64,000 bases of DNA from the human T2T-CHM13v2.0 reference genome, Homo sapiens: the NCBI RefSeq assembly GCF_009914755.1, contig NC_060925.1, one strand, 5' to 3'. The notes under the pieces are model-generated. The model was not told the origin of the DNA, ran no database searches, and saw only the letters and a program-made list of their open reading frames with translations. Positions 50,335 to 64,000 of this stretch are shown in pieces. How positions within the stretch are numbered: the stretch's first letter is position 1; each line of letters begins with the position of its first letter. The translations under genes were made by a program, and so were the position numbers.

Positions 50335-52185
50335 TGATTTATTTAAATACTTAATTTTTAAGAGCAGTTATAAATTCACAGAAAAATTAAGAGGAAGGTA
50401 CAGAGATTTCCTCTGTACCCCTCCCTGCCACATACACACATACCCTCCCCCATTATCAACATCCACCACCAGAGTGATACATTTTTAACAACTGACAAAC
50501 CTACATTGATATATCATAATTACTGACATAGTTTACATAGGGTTTACATTGGGGTTCACTCAGTGTTGTACATTCTATGGGTTTGGACCAATGTATCCAT
50601 CATTACAATATCCAAAAGATTATCTTCAGTGCCTTAAACATTATCTGTACTCTGTCTGTTCATCCTTCCCCATTCCCTCCCAACCCCTGGCAACCACTGA
50701 TCTTTTTCCTATCTCCACAGTTTTGTCTTTTCTAGAATGTCATATGGTTGGAATCATACAATATGTAGCCTTATCAGATTGGCTTCTTTCACACAGTAAT
50801 ATGCATTTAAGGTTCCATGTCTTTCTATGACTTAATAGCTCATTTCTTTTCAGTGCTAGATAATATTCCGTTGTCTGGATATATCCATTCATCTGCTGAC
50901 GTACATCTTGGTTGCTTCCAGGTTTTGGCAATTATGAATAAAGCTGCTATAAACATCCATATGCAGGTCTGGGGTAGACATTAAGTTTTCAACTCCTCTG
51001 GGTAAATACCAAGGAATGTGATAGCTGGATCACATGGTATGAACTGCTAAACTGTCTTCCAAAGTATCTGTGCCATTTTTCATTCCTGCCAGCAATGAAT
51101 GAGAGCTCTTCTTTCTCCGTATCCTCATCAGTACTTGGTGTTGTGAGTGTTTTGGATTTTGGCCATTCCAAGACGTACGTAGTGGCATCTCATTCTTGTT
51201 TTAACTTTCATTTCCCTAATGACATAGATGCGGAGCTCTTTTTATATGCTTATTGCCATCTCTATATATCTTCTTTAGTGAGATATCTGTTAAGGTCTTT
51301 GGCCCATTGTTTGAGTTGTTTGTTTTCTTATTGTTGAGTTTTAAGAGTTCTTTGTATATTCTGGATAATAGTCCTTTGTCAGATGTGTCTTTTGCAAATA
51401 TTTTCTCCCAGTATATGACCTGTCTTCTCATTCTCTTGACTCTGTTTTTCACAGAATGTAAGTTTTTAATTTTAATGAAGTCCAGCTTATCAATAATTTC
51501 TTTCATGGATCATGCCTTTGGTGTTATAGTTAAAATGTCATTGCCATACCCAAGATCATCTAAGTTTTCTCCTACATTATTTTCTAGGAGTTTTATACTT
51601 TTGCATTGTACATTTAGCTATTTGGTCTGCTTTGAGTTAATTTTTGTGAAGAGTGTAAAGCCTGTGTATAAATTCATCTTTTTGCATGTGATGTCTAGTT
51701 GTTCCAGCATGATTTGTTGAAAAGATATGTTTGCTCCATTGTATTGCCTTTGCATCATTGTCAAAGATCAGCTCATTATATTTATGTGGTTCTATTTCCA
51801 AGCTCTCTATTTTGTCCTATTGATCTATTTGTCTATTCTTTTGCCAATACCATACTGTTTCAATTGTTGTAGTTTTATAGTAAGTCTTAAAGTTGGGTAG
51901 TGTCTGTCCTCCAACTTTGTTCTTCTCCTTCGATATTGTGTTGGCTCTTCTGGGTCTCTTGCCTTTCCATAAAAATTTTAGAATCAGTTTGTCAATATCC
52001 ACAAAACAAATTGCTGAAATTTTGGGAATGCAATGAATCTATAGATCAAGTTGAGAATAATGGAGATCTTGACAATGTTGAGCCTTCCTATAACTGAACT
52101 TGGAATATATCTCCATTTATTTAGTTCTTTGATTTTGCTCATCAGAGTTTTTGTAGTTTTCCTTATATAGATCTTATACATATTC
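50335..52185 (-). mobile_element. L1MB-like 3' portion (sense to TTLL7)
   Basis: ORF-track fragments IIDKLDFIKIKN, WEKIFA, LPNFKTYYK, IGRLNIVK are L1 ORF2 C-terminal motifs. Confidence 0.9.
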
Positions 52186-52445
52186 TGTATGACTTCATTT
52201 ACACGAGGTTAAAAAGCAGGCAAGACTAAATCTAAAGTGAAAAAGTTAGAATAAAGGTTACCTCTGGGCAGGATGAGGGATAATTATTTGGGAAGAGTCA
52301 TGAGGGAGACTTCTGGGGTGCTGGAAATGTTCTCTATCTTGACCAGGGTTATGCTTATACAAGCATATGCCTAAGTAAAAATCCATCAGGCTGGATCCTG
52401 AAGATTTTTGCGGTTCACTCTATATATGTTTTACCTCAAATTTTT
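52186..52445 (+). mobile_element. Older L1ME-like 3' end fragment
   Basis: gagggagacttctggggtgctggaaatgttctctatcttga. Confidence 0.7.
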
Positions 52446-53760
52446 TTACTAACTCATTTACATTTAAGAGCATAGGTATCCTACAAATGTTTTAATAATT
52501 GAATAGGTCAAAAGAAAAAACACAAAAGAAAAAGCAAATAAACAGGCATTTCACCTAAACAAAGCTGATGTAGCAATTTATAAATCCATTTCATGGGCAC
52601 GGGAAAAATGTTATTTGAATGCATACTAAGTATTACGAACACATATATCTATGAAAAAATGAATGCTTTTTCAGTGCCATTATAGAAGCTGTCATTGAAA
52701 ACTAGGAAGCAAACCAAAGACTACGACAAAATTAGTAAATTCTTATTTAAGTGCAAAGTAAATGAATGGGTTATATATTAAAATAAATCATTCTTTAAAA
52801 TGTTCTTTTTAAAGCCATTATTATGAAAAAATCATATTGAAAAATAATCACAATACATTTTCTAAGCCCAAAATCCAAAACGATAACAATTAACAAAAAG
52901 TATACCAGCAGACTACTAAATGTATCTACTTAATACAATGAAAAATATGGATCTTGTTAATAAACATAAGGTATTGTCTTCATGCCATTAAGCCTAACAA
53001 ATTTGGGTGTCAAGTGAATTATAATATGGCAGACGCTATTTGTTGGTTAATGTTCACTTTTTGGTACCATACAGAAAACATATTAGACATGATCTACTAC
53101 ATAATATCAATACATCCCTGCTAAAATTAGTATCGTTACATGTTTTTATCTTTGTCAAATTGACCTATTTATCTTTGAAGTATTTATCTTTGTCAAATTG
53201 ACCTATTATACCTACCCATAAGTCATTATCTAAGGTTTAAATTTTCAATCTAAAAATTTTTTTAAGTTTACAATCTCTATTCTGGAGGCCAATTCCATAA
53301 TTCACTGAAATAGTTACATATGTAACTTAGCTCCTGATGATAAAAAATAACCATTTTCCTCTGTAATAAGCAGTGCTCTCTCTTTTTATCTCAACCATAT
53401 GCTAATTCATTACTTGACAGAATAACAAGGCACACATTTTCTGCATGATATGAAAAGTGCTCTGCACAGTGCCTATTACATAGTGAGCATTATAAAAATG
53501 CTAGCTATACATTAGTTGATATTTATTCAAGGGAACAAGACATGTATCAAATATCTACCATGTTACATACATTGCACTATAGGCTTTACAACCAGGCATT
53601 TCAATATAGACTGCACAAAAGGAGCTTTAAGAAATACTGATACCTGGCTCCCAGCCCCAAACTTTCTAAGCTAATGGGTCTGGAGTGCAGCCTTGACACA
53701 GGGATTTGTTAAAGCTCCTCAAGTGATTTAAATTTGCAGTCAAGTTCGAGACCCACTGTT

Positions 53761-54037
53761 TAAACAGATGTGTGATTTCATTTACTCCTCACATATTGCT
53801 TTATTAGTTCTATTTTACAGATGAGAAAACTGAGACTCAAAGGGGTTTAGGAACTTGTCAAAGACTTAGACAGATCTGTTTGATTCTCAGAACCTTTGTA
53901 AACAGATGTGTTATTTCATTTAGTCCTCACAGATTGCTTTATTAGCTCTATTTTACAGATGAGAAAACTGAGACTCAAAGGGGTTTGGTAACTTGTCAAA
54001 GACTTAAGACAGGTCTGTTTGATTCTCAAAACCTTTG
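53761..54037. repeat. 138-bp tandem duplication of a MIR fragment
   Basis: Units 53761-53898 and 53899-54037, about 9 differences; MIR core attttacagatgagaaaactgagactca. Confidence 0.92.
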
Positions 54038-54431
54038 TGCCATAGCATGTCGCTTTTTGAATGGCAAATATGCCAGTCATCAGTCTGTTTCCAACCATCT
54101 TGAAACCGTGCTGAAAAAGAGCCAATTAGTTACTTTGCAAATCTGCATATTTCAAAGGGGCCTCCCCATATATTCTAATGTTCTTTTTAGTACAGATGTA
54201 GTAAAAACGTAGTATTCTAATGTACTTTCTACTACAGATTTTTGTTTCTGTTTCATATTTAAATACAGACCATAACCTCTAGAGGATCATGAAATCAATT
54301 TGGTGAGTCTCAATAAGCATTTTATTTGAAATAATAGAATAGAATACATGAGAATATTACAGTGCCAGAGTGCACAGCATGTAGTAAGAAATGTATTAAC
54401 TCTAAGTACTGTGTCCTGAAATTTTGTCTCT

Positions 54432-54434
<3 letters not shown>

Positions 54435-54474
<40 letters not shown>

Positions 54475-54484
54475 TGTGTGTGTA
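54435..54484. repeat. (TG)n microsatellite
   Basis: Direct reading. Confidence 0.95.
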
Positions 54485-57465
54485 CTATGTCAAGAAGTAA
54501 ATTGTATTTCTTACCATGGATTGCAACCAAAGTAAGTCTGAAAGATATTCGAACTAGAGATTAAAATCACAAGATAAAAAGACAATCCAGAAATGTTATT
54601 CATTTTCTAACTTACATATACTTACTTGTGTTTTTATCTTATCTTGGATTGTCTTCCTTCTGTAGCCATCATCAACCCAGCCTAGCTCTCCCCTCCCTTC
54701 CTTCTCTACAAGGTAGAATTAACTGTCCTTCAGTGTATTACCAATCTTAAAAACTCATTATATCATATATTTTAAAGTGTTTGCTTCAAATTTTTTATTG
54801 GAAAGGGCAGTGTCTCTCATTCTGAGCAAAACAAACAAAACAGAGAGTTTGATACAAAATGGAGTTTAGTTTTTTTCACTAGGTACAGCAACTCTTCAGT
54901 ATTCATGAAATTTTTGTGATATGAAATATAAATTATTAATAATGAACTGCATCTTTCATCTTTTTAAATAATTGCAAATTCCCACTAGAGTTACTTTAAT
55001 AGCTGAGTGATCCATGCCTAGTCCCAACAATACTCTTCTCTGCAAAGATGACATCAAAGGAGAAGGAAGACAAACTTTGAAAGTAGCTTTACTGGATTAG
55101 CCAATGTTTTATACCAGCCTATTCTCTTACCCATTTCAATACTAAATAGACTGTTCCATTTCCTGTTTCCCTACTTGCTCTTAATTCCACAGACATTATT
55201 GAACACTGAAATAAAATACACTAAATCAGTTGTGGCTTGTTTCCATTTCATGAATGGTAATGGAAAAAAATTTTTACAAAAAAAAAATGTTAATCAAAAG
55301 GAAACAACCACTGATTCTCTCTTAACATTAACTTAACTCCATCAAACCCTTTTTATTACCTATGTTCGTCTATATTAAGCCATTTTATTGTGTCTTTCCC
55401 ATTTCTTAATTTTATTGAAATACCGGGACTTTTGATTATTCAAAAAATATTTATTTAAAAATAAATAGTATATATACATATATAGCTTTGATACCTTATA
55501 TTGCTGATGAGGCAAAAGTTCTGTATTATCACAGTGATCTGAATAATTAAGACACTTGATATCATCGACTGCATCTAGTAAATACTAGTCAGTATGTAAA
55601 CAATATATAAATTTCAGTAACACAGAACTAAAATTTACTTAGCATTAGAAGAAAGTAATTTAAAATTAGAGTAGGATAGAAATGAGAATTAAACTTTGGA
55701 GAATTCCGGAGACCATATACACTGCTCCATAAAATCTATTTTAGGAATCCAGGTGAAACAATTCAGCCAGTCTTTCTGGAATGTTAACCTTCAATATTTC
55801 TAGTTACAAGTTTATGCAATCTTAAAACATGGAGGAAAAAAAAAATCACATACCTTTTTTTTGTTTCAAATTGTGGGCCTAAATCAAATGACTTTATGAT
55901 GTTTTACTTTATGCAGCCTGACTTAACACTATGGGCCCAGCTATTAGAGTCAAAAGCCAGCCATGAGTTGACTGGCAGACATCTCTAATTCATCTCAGGA
56001 AGAGACAGGCTGCAGCATCCACAATTCTGATGATGTCCAAAGTAGGTAAAGAATTGGTCATATGCCAAGTATTTCCCCTTGGAACACAAACAGAAGGGCT
56101 GGAGGTGGAAAAAACTCATAGCATGCTACTATTTAAATTTAAATTTAAATTTAGCTCTTTTGGGCTAGAAAATGGGGTGTAGTGGGGGTAGTGTAAAAGC
56201 AATAATTTGGAAAGTCATATTGTGACTGCAAGATCCGACAATGTAGGTATGGTTTTAGAATAGAACAATGTTTTCCTTATTTGTTTAATGTTATTAACAA
56301 GAGTTATGTGACTATTTCATCTAAATATTTAGTTTGTACTTTGAGTATAATTATCTCCGGGTAGCCTATAACAAAACAATGAATTTCCTATTTTCCTCAT
56401 TTTAGTCCATTAGGTTTTTTTAATAAGAATTTCTTTTAATTTTCAATTTTTGTAGGTACATAGTAGACATATATATTTATGGGATAAAAATTAGGTTTTA
56501 TATATCATCTATCTCACCTACCAAATGTAAAGCTAAACATCATAGAGTTAAAATAATAACTCATCCATTATGGAATCTAAGGCAGCTGCTGAGGTAGACC
56601 ATCAGGATAAAAATGATGCAGACACCAGTCAGGAAGGGAGATTGAGTTACAAATGTGCCCGAGGGAATATATGAACTGATGAAGCTTTTCTTTCTCAGCT
56701 TCCCAATCCTTTTTAGCTAGCTCCTCACAAACAGATGAGAAACCACTAATTAGAGGAAACAGCCTAACCAAGGGACCCTTAACCAGAACCCTATCCAAAG
56801 CTCAAATGAGACAGATAAATTATAGTCAGTTAAAAAAAAGAATTATTCATTTTAATCATCCTCTAGAATGGCATACTGGAGATTTTACATATTGAAAAGA
56901 ATGATCTTTGTCAAACATCATAGTCATCTAGTTTTTCTATGAAAAACTACAAATCTCAACCATGAAAGGATGATTTAAAATAGGTGGCAAAAATTATTAA
57001 TATTTTAATATCTTTGTAACTGATTTTTATAACTCATTTATTAAAAATTAGTTTAAATCAGAATTATATCAGAAGGCTTTCAAAAAAGGAAGAGGTACTT
57101 TGGCACTTGGAAAAGGAGAAGTAAATGAGAATGATAGCAGAGCATATAGTTAAAACCCTGAAATTCTAGTCTAGCAATGATTAAAATGGAAATGTCTAAC
57201 ATAAAAGACATTTGACTGTTATTATCAAATTAGTTGCTTACAATTTCAAAATAGTTATGGAGCGTGAGATAAATAAACTTGACTCTGAACTGATTCTTAA
57301 TTTATTCATTAATTCAACACATATTAAAAGTACCTAAAAGCCTGAAAAGCTTATGACCATGACTCCTCCCCACTGAATTAGTTTGGACAGGAAGGATCTA
57401 GGCCCTTCTCTTGTGAGCTCTCAGAAGCAGAGAGGAGACCATGCTTAGCTTCAGCAGCCCGCAAA

Positions 57466-58170
57466 TGTAATCACCCAACGTTACACAAACAACCAGTTCA
57501 CGAAGACCATGGTATTGCATTAAGTAAAGTTTAATTAACGGGAGGCCAGCCACACAGAAGACAGAGCTATCACTCAAATCAGTCTCTCTGAAGCCTCAGA
57601 GATTAGGGTTTTTCAAGAATAGTTTAGTAGGCAAGGGGCTAGGGAATGAGGAATGTTGACTGACTGGGGATGAAATCATAGCGGTGTGGAAAATGTTCCT
57701 TGTGTGCTGAGTCTGCCTCCGGGTGGAGGCCACAGGACCAGTTGAGTCAGGAGTCGAGGGTCCAGGTGGAGTCACCCAACAGTCAGAAATGCAGAAGTCT
57801 GAAAAACATCTCAAAAGGCCAATCTTAGGTTCTAGAGTAGGGATTTTAGAGAAATAATTGGGTAAGTCACAAATCTTTTAATATCCGGATCAATGGCTGG
57901 TTGTTGTTTAACTACACCTACATTTTAGCACAATGCAGGCCCCTCTCATAATCCTAACCTTGCAGTCTTTCATTAGTTTTAAAAAGACAGTTTAATTTGG
58001 GAAAGAACTATTATCATCCTTGCTTTAAGGTTAAACTATAAACTAAATTCCATCCAAAATTAGCTTGGCCTACACCTAGGAATGATCAAAGATAGCTTGG
58101 AAGTTAGAAGCAAAATGGAGTCAACTATGTCAGAGTTCTCTTACTCTCATAATTTTGCAAAGGGGCTTCA
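57466..58170 (-). mobile_element. LTR8-family (ERV1) solo LTR
   Basis: Minus strand starts tgaagcccctttgcaaaattatga (LTR8-like) and ends ...attaca; 4-bp TSD caaa at 57462 and 58171. Confidence 0.85.
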
Positions 58171-58721
58171 CAAACACCACAGTGAATCTAAGTACTCTTG
58201 GGGTAATCCCGAGAAGGCTTTTGATGGTGCGAAAAATGTATGGGGCTTGCAGGACTTGCTTATGGCAAATTTTCAAAGGATTACTAATGAAAACAAAATC
58301 AACTCTAAAAAAGACTCGAAAGATTTTTTAAAATCAAATACGCATCATGTTCTTCTGATAGCTGACTTTAAAAGACCACTAAGGTATCAAGCCAATCTTC
58401 TGGAATGCTTGTGCAATTACTACAAATTAATTTTACACTTCTGTTCAACTAAAACATATATGTAAAGGCTAGGGCTTAATTCATCTTTTAGTGAGTGAGA
58501 ATTTACCAAATCCCAACAATCTTGTCTTCTCTTTCCCTTAACAGAATTCACTGTCAAAAGAATATTCTAGAGGAAAAATTTTGGTCTGAAGAAAAAAAAA
58601 ATTACACTTCCCTCTAGTAAAAATGGAGGTGGTAGTCTTGCCTATTATATTTGTGCATAAGACTGCTGGCTGAGACAGGCATTTGGAGCCACATTCTCCA
58701 AATGTGGCTGAAGCACAGAGG

Positions 58722-58878
58722 CACAATCATAGCTCACTGCCGCCTTGAACTCCTGGGCTCAAGGAATCCTCCCACCTCAACTTCCCAAGTAGCTGGGACT
58801 ACAGGCGCACACCACCATGGGCCTGGCTAATTTTTAATTTTTTTCTGTAGAAACAGGATCTTGCCATCTTGGCCAGGC
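58722..58878 (-). mobile_element. Truncated AluJ
   Basis: caatcatagctcactgc...cttgaactcctgggctcaag...gctgggactacaggc. Confidence 0.85.
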
Positions 58879-59944
58879 TTTTCTCTTTCAAGTGCTGAAA
58901 GAAAGTAACTGTTAATCCCATTTCCTGTATCTGGCCAAACCATCATTCAGGAATGAGGAGTGAAAAAAGACATTCTGGACAAAGGAAAACTAAGAAAATT
59001 TGATACTACCAGATGTCCCATGAAAGAATGGCTTCAGGAAGCTCTCTTAACACAAAGAAAATGATAAATCTGAGATCTTCAGAAAGGAAAGAATAATAAC
59101 AGAATTGGGAAAAATACAAGTACACATAACAGACTATTGCTAACATACAATTCTTTAATAATATTTTATGGAAAAAGCAACCATCTCTTCTGTTACTCAA
59201 AGTATGTATGGGAAATACTTAAAACAATTATAATTAAAAAGAAGAGAGGGTAAAAGGACCTAAATGGAAGTAAAGTTTTCTATACTTAATTCAAAGTTGA
59301 AAAATGTAAAAAAGTAAGCTATGATAAACTAAGTATGTATAAAGTAATACCAGGGGAACCACTAAGAAAAATAGTAATACCTAGGCCAACCACTAAGAAA
59401 ACTATACGAAGCTATATGTTTCAAAAACTTATAAATAAATAAAAATGCAGCTCTAAAAAATATCCAAGTAATCCACAGAAAGGCAAGAAAAAGAAATAGA
59501 AAAATGAGAAAGAAAGGAAATAAAAAATGAGGAAAAAAGCAGACTTGATATATCAACAACTACACACATAAATGGTACAGACACATCATTTAAAAGAGAG
59601 ATTGGCACAGTAAATTTTAAAATGCAACCCAACTATACATATCTATAAAAACTTCTTTTCACACATAATGACATATATAGATTGAAAATAAAACTATGGA
59701 AAAAGATATATCATGCAAGTATTTATTTTTAAAAAGCAGAAGTGGCTATAACAATATCAGATAAAATAAATTTCAAAGCAAAAAAAAATCACTAGAGCCA
59801 AGGAGGGCTACTGCAAAATTATAAAAAGCTCAATCCACCAAGAAGATATAACAATAATAAGTGTATATCCACCAAACAAGATGGCTTCAAAATACACAAG
59901 GCAAAAACTAATAGATCTGAAAAGCTTAAAAATCAACAAAGGTA

Positions 59945-60243
59945 GGCCAGGTGCCGTGGCTCATGCCTGTAATCCCGGCACTTTGGGAGGCCGAGGCGGG
60001 CAGATCATGAGGTCAGGAGATCGAGACCATCCTGGCTAACACGGTGAAACCCCGTCTCCACTGAAAAATAGCAAAAAAATTAGCCAGGCATGGTGGCGGG
60101 CGCCTGTAGTCCCCGCTACTCAGGAGGCTGAGGCAGGAGAATGGTGTGAACCCGGGGGCGGAGCTTTCAGTGAGCCAAGATCGCACCACTGCACTCCAGC
60201 CTGGGCGACAGAGCGAGACTCTGTCACAAAAAAAAAAAAAAAA
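59945..60243 (+). mobile_element. AluY
   Basis: gagatcgagaccatcctggctaacacgg; TSD aaaatcaacRaagKta. Confidence 0.93.
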
Positions 60244-61445
60244 TCAACGAAGTTAGCTGGGGATTTCAATACCCCATTCTCAGCAATTAATAGATTACTA
60301 AATTAAAAATCAGCAAGGATACAGGAAAACTGAACAATACCATCAACCAGTAGGCTATGATTGACATTAGACATTCTACTCAAGAATTTCTCAAGTGCCC
60401 ATACAGCACTCACCAAGATGCACCATATCACAGCTCATAAAACATGTCTTAGCATATTTAAAAGAATTTAAACCATACAGAGTATGTTATCTGACTAGAT
60501 TGAATTAAACTAGAAACCAATAACAGAAACAGCAGCAAAATCTTCAAACACTTGGAATTAAACAATACATTTCTAAATAGTCCATGAATCATATTTTTTT
60601 GAAACCACATAGAACTGAGTAAAAGTGAAAAGAAAACATAACAGAATCTGTCAAATGCAGCTAAAGCCAGGCTGAGAAGGAAATTTAGACACCTAAATGC
60701 TTACATTAGAAAAGAGAAACACTCTCAAATTAATAATCTAAGTTCCTATTTCAAGAAATTGCAAGAGGGAGAAAAAAAATCCAAAGTAGACAGAAAAAAA
60801 ACTTATATAAATATAAGAAATCAATGAAACTGAAAACAGGAAAACAACAGTGAAAATAAATGAAACAAAAAAGAGTCTTCAGTAGCTTTTCTATACACCA
60901 ATATTGTTCTAGCTGATAGCTAAATCAACAACACAATCCCATTTACAATAGCCACACACAAAAAAAATGATATGTACAAATATATCTAGCAAAAGAACTG
61001 AAAGATCGCTACAGGGAGAACTATGAAACACTGCTGAAAGAAATCGGAGATAACACAAAAATGGAAAAATATTCCATGCCCTTGGATTGAAAGAATCAGA
61101 ATCATTTAAATGGCCACACTGCCCAAAGTAACTTGTAGATTCAATGCTATTCCTATCAAAATACCAATGTTATTTTTCACAGAAGTAGAAAAAAACTATT
61201 TGAAAATTCATATAGAACCAAAAAAGAGCCCTGATAGCCCAAACAATCCTAAGCAAAAAGGACAAAGCTGGAGGCATCACATTACCAGACTTCAAACTGT
61301 ACAAGGCTGCAGTAAACAAAATAGCATGGTAATGGTAGAAAAACAAATACAAAGACCAATGGAACAGAACAGAGAACACAGAAATAAAGCCGCATAGCGA
61401 CACCTCTCTGATCTTTGACAAAGTCGACAAAAATAAGCAATAAGG

Positions 61446-61855
<410 letters not shown>

Positions 61856-62206
61856 TTAACTCAAGATGGATTAAAGATTTAAATGTAACCCCTCAAACTA
61901 TAAAAATCCTAGAAGAAAACCTAGGAAATACCCTTCCTAGCAAACACTGGCTTTGACAAAGAGTTTATGGCTAAGTGCCCAAATGCAACTGCAACAATAA
62001 CAAAAATTGACAAGTGGGATCTCATCAAACTAAAGAGCTTTTGTACAGCAAAAGAAACTATCAACAGAGTAAACAGACAACCTACAGAATGGGAGAAAAT
62101 ATTTGCAAACCATGTATCTGACAAAGCTATAATATCCAGAATCTGAAAGGAACTTAAATAGCTGAAAAATCAAAAAACAAATAATTTTGTTAAAAAATGG
62201 GCAAAA

Positions 62207-62497
62207 GGCTGAGTGCAGTGGCTCACACCTGTGATCTTGCAATTTGGAAGGCCGACGCAGGAAGAGAGCTGGAGCCCAGAGTTTGAGACCGGCCAGGGCA
62301 ATATAATGAGACTTCATCTCTACAAACTATAAACAAAATTAGCTGAGTATGGTGGTGTGCACCTTTAGTCCTAGCTACTCAGGAGGCTGAGATAGAAGGA
62401 CTGCTTCAGCCCAGGAGGTCAAGGCTACAGTGAGCCAAGATTGTGCCACTACACTCCACCCTGGGTGACAGAGTGAGACCCTGTTTCAAAAAAAAAA
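62207..62497 (+). mobile_element. AluJ
   Basis: TSD aaaaaatgggcaaaa. Confidence 0.92.
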
Positions 62498-63397
62498 TGG
62501 GCAAAAGACATGAACAGACACTTCTCAAAAGAAGATGGACAAGTGGCCAACAAACATGAAAAAATGCTCAACATCACTAATCATCAGAGAAATGCAAATC
62601 AAAACCACAATGAGATACCATCTCGCATCAGTCAGAATGGCAACTAACAAAAAGTCAAAAACCAACAGATGCCGGCAAGGCTGCAGAGAAAAGAGAACAC
62701 TTATACACTGCTGGTGGGAATGTGAATTAGTTCAGTCACTGTGGAAGGCAGTTTGGAGATTTCTCAAAATAACTTAAAACAGAACTACCATTCATCCCAG
62801 CAATCCCATTACTGGATATATATCCAAAAGAAAATAAGTTGTTCTACCAAAAAGATACATGCACTTGTATAATATGTTCACTGCAGCACTATTCACAATA
62901 GCAAAGACATGAAATCAACCGAGGTGCCCATCAACAGTGGACTGGATAAATACAATGTGGTACATATACACATGGAATGCTATGCAGCCATAAAAAGAAT
63001 GAGATTATATCTTTTGCAGCAACATGGATGCAGCTGGAGGCCATTATCCTAAGCAAATTAACACAGGAACAGGAAACCAAATACTGCATGTTCTCACTTA
63101 TAAGTGGCAGCTAAACATGGGGTACTCACAGACATAAAGATGGCAACAGTAGACTCTGGGGACTACTAGAGAGGGGAGAGAGGGAGGGGGACGTGGGCTG
63201 AAAAACTACTGATTGGGTACTATGCTCACTAAATGGGTTATGGGACTATCCATATTCCAAACCTCAGCATCATGCAATATACCCAGGTAACAAAACTGCA
63301 TATGTACCCCTTGTATCCAAAATAAAATAAAATAAAATAAAGTCTTCTAAAAGAATGTATAAAATTGATAAACATCTAGCAAAACTGACAAGGATTT

Positions 63398-63962
63398 TGT
63401 ATTAGTCATGGTTCTCCAGAGGAACAGAACTAGTAGGATATATGACTACATATATAAGGGAGTTTATTAGGGAGAATTGGCTCACAGGATTACAAGACAA
63501 AGTCCCACAATAGGCCGCCTGTAAGCTGGGGAAGACAGAAGCTGGTAGTGGCTCAGTCTGAGTCCGAAAGCTTCAAACCAGGGAAGCCGACAGTATAGCC
63601 TTCAGTCTGTGGCCAGAGGCCCAAAAACCCCTGGCAATTCCCTGGTGCAAGTCCCAGAGTCCAAAGGCCAAAGAACCTGCAGTTTGAGGTCCAAAGGGCA
63701 GGAGAAGCAGAAGGAAGCATCCAAGGCTGGAGAAAGAAGGCAGCCAGAAGGCTCAGCAAGCAAAGCTTATCCCACCTTCTTCTGGCTGCTTTGTTCTAGC
63801 CACACTGGCACAATGAGGGTGGGTCTTCCTCTACCAGTCCACTGACTCAAATGTCAATCTCCTCTGGCAGTACCCTCACAGACACCCCTAGAAATAATAC
63901 TTTACCAGCTATCTAGGCATCCTTCAATCCAACCAAGTTGACACCTAATATTAACCATCACA
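63398..63962 (-). mobile_element. MLT2B-like (ERVL) solo LTR
   Basis: Minus strand starts tgtgatggttaatattaggtgtcaacttgg; 5-bp TSD gattt. Confidence 0.9.
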
Positions 63963-64000
63963 GATTTTTTAAAAGATAAGACTCAAGTCACCAACATCAA

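Noticed and set aside
51216-52181. ORFs with L1 ORF2 motifs (also 61110, 62535)
   Set aside because: Frameshifted fossils of truncated L1 copies; no intact ORF2
55049-55060. TGACATCA overlapping a TCF/LEF site ACATCAAAGG
   Set aside because: Single motif hit without supporting context; expected by chance at this window size
56131-56150. 20-bp AT palindrome atttaaatttaaatttaaat
   Set aside because: Simple (TTTAAA)n repeat, self-complementary by construction

Overview
AT-rich, repeat-dense primate (almost certainly human) genomic DNA lying wholly inside TTLL7 (tubulin polyglutamylase), which is transcribed on the minus strand. I mapped nine consecutive GT-AG exons with consistent reading phase. 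They encode residues 1-380 plus two bases of codon 381 (MPSLPQEG...LLNIR), which covers most of the TTL/ATP-grasp core. The ATG-bearing exon is labelled exon 2 because it has a splice acceptor and no CpG island or promoter is in view. About 33 kb (30791-64000) is the large upstream intron, and the next coding exon lies left of position 1. The rest is Alu, L1, L2, MIR, MaLR/ERVL/ERV1 LTRs and DNA-transposon fossils, several with visible target-site duplications. No prokaryote-type system is present. Best leads: (1) a 210-nt intron right after the start codon that is in frame and stop-free, so retention would add a 70-aa hydrophobic insert; (2) an old local duplication in intron 1 carrying E-box/TGACATCA motifs and a candidate 80-nt exon; (3) further cryptic or poison exon candidates and uORFs; (4) inverted Alu pairs bracketing exon blocks (circRNA/editing geometry); (5) a sense-oriented LTR8 with a poly(A) signal; (6) a YCAY-rich minisatellite downstream of exon 10; (7) template-switch hairpins. 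All functional readings are hypotheses. Repeat subfamily names were assigned by eye.
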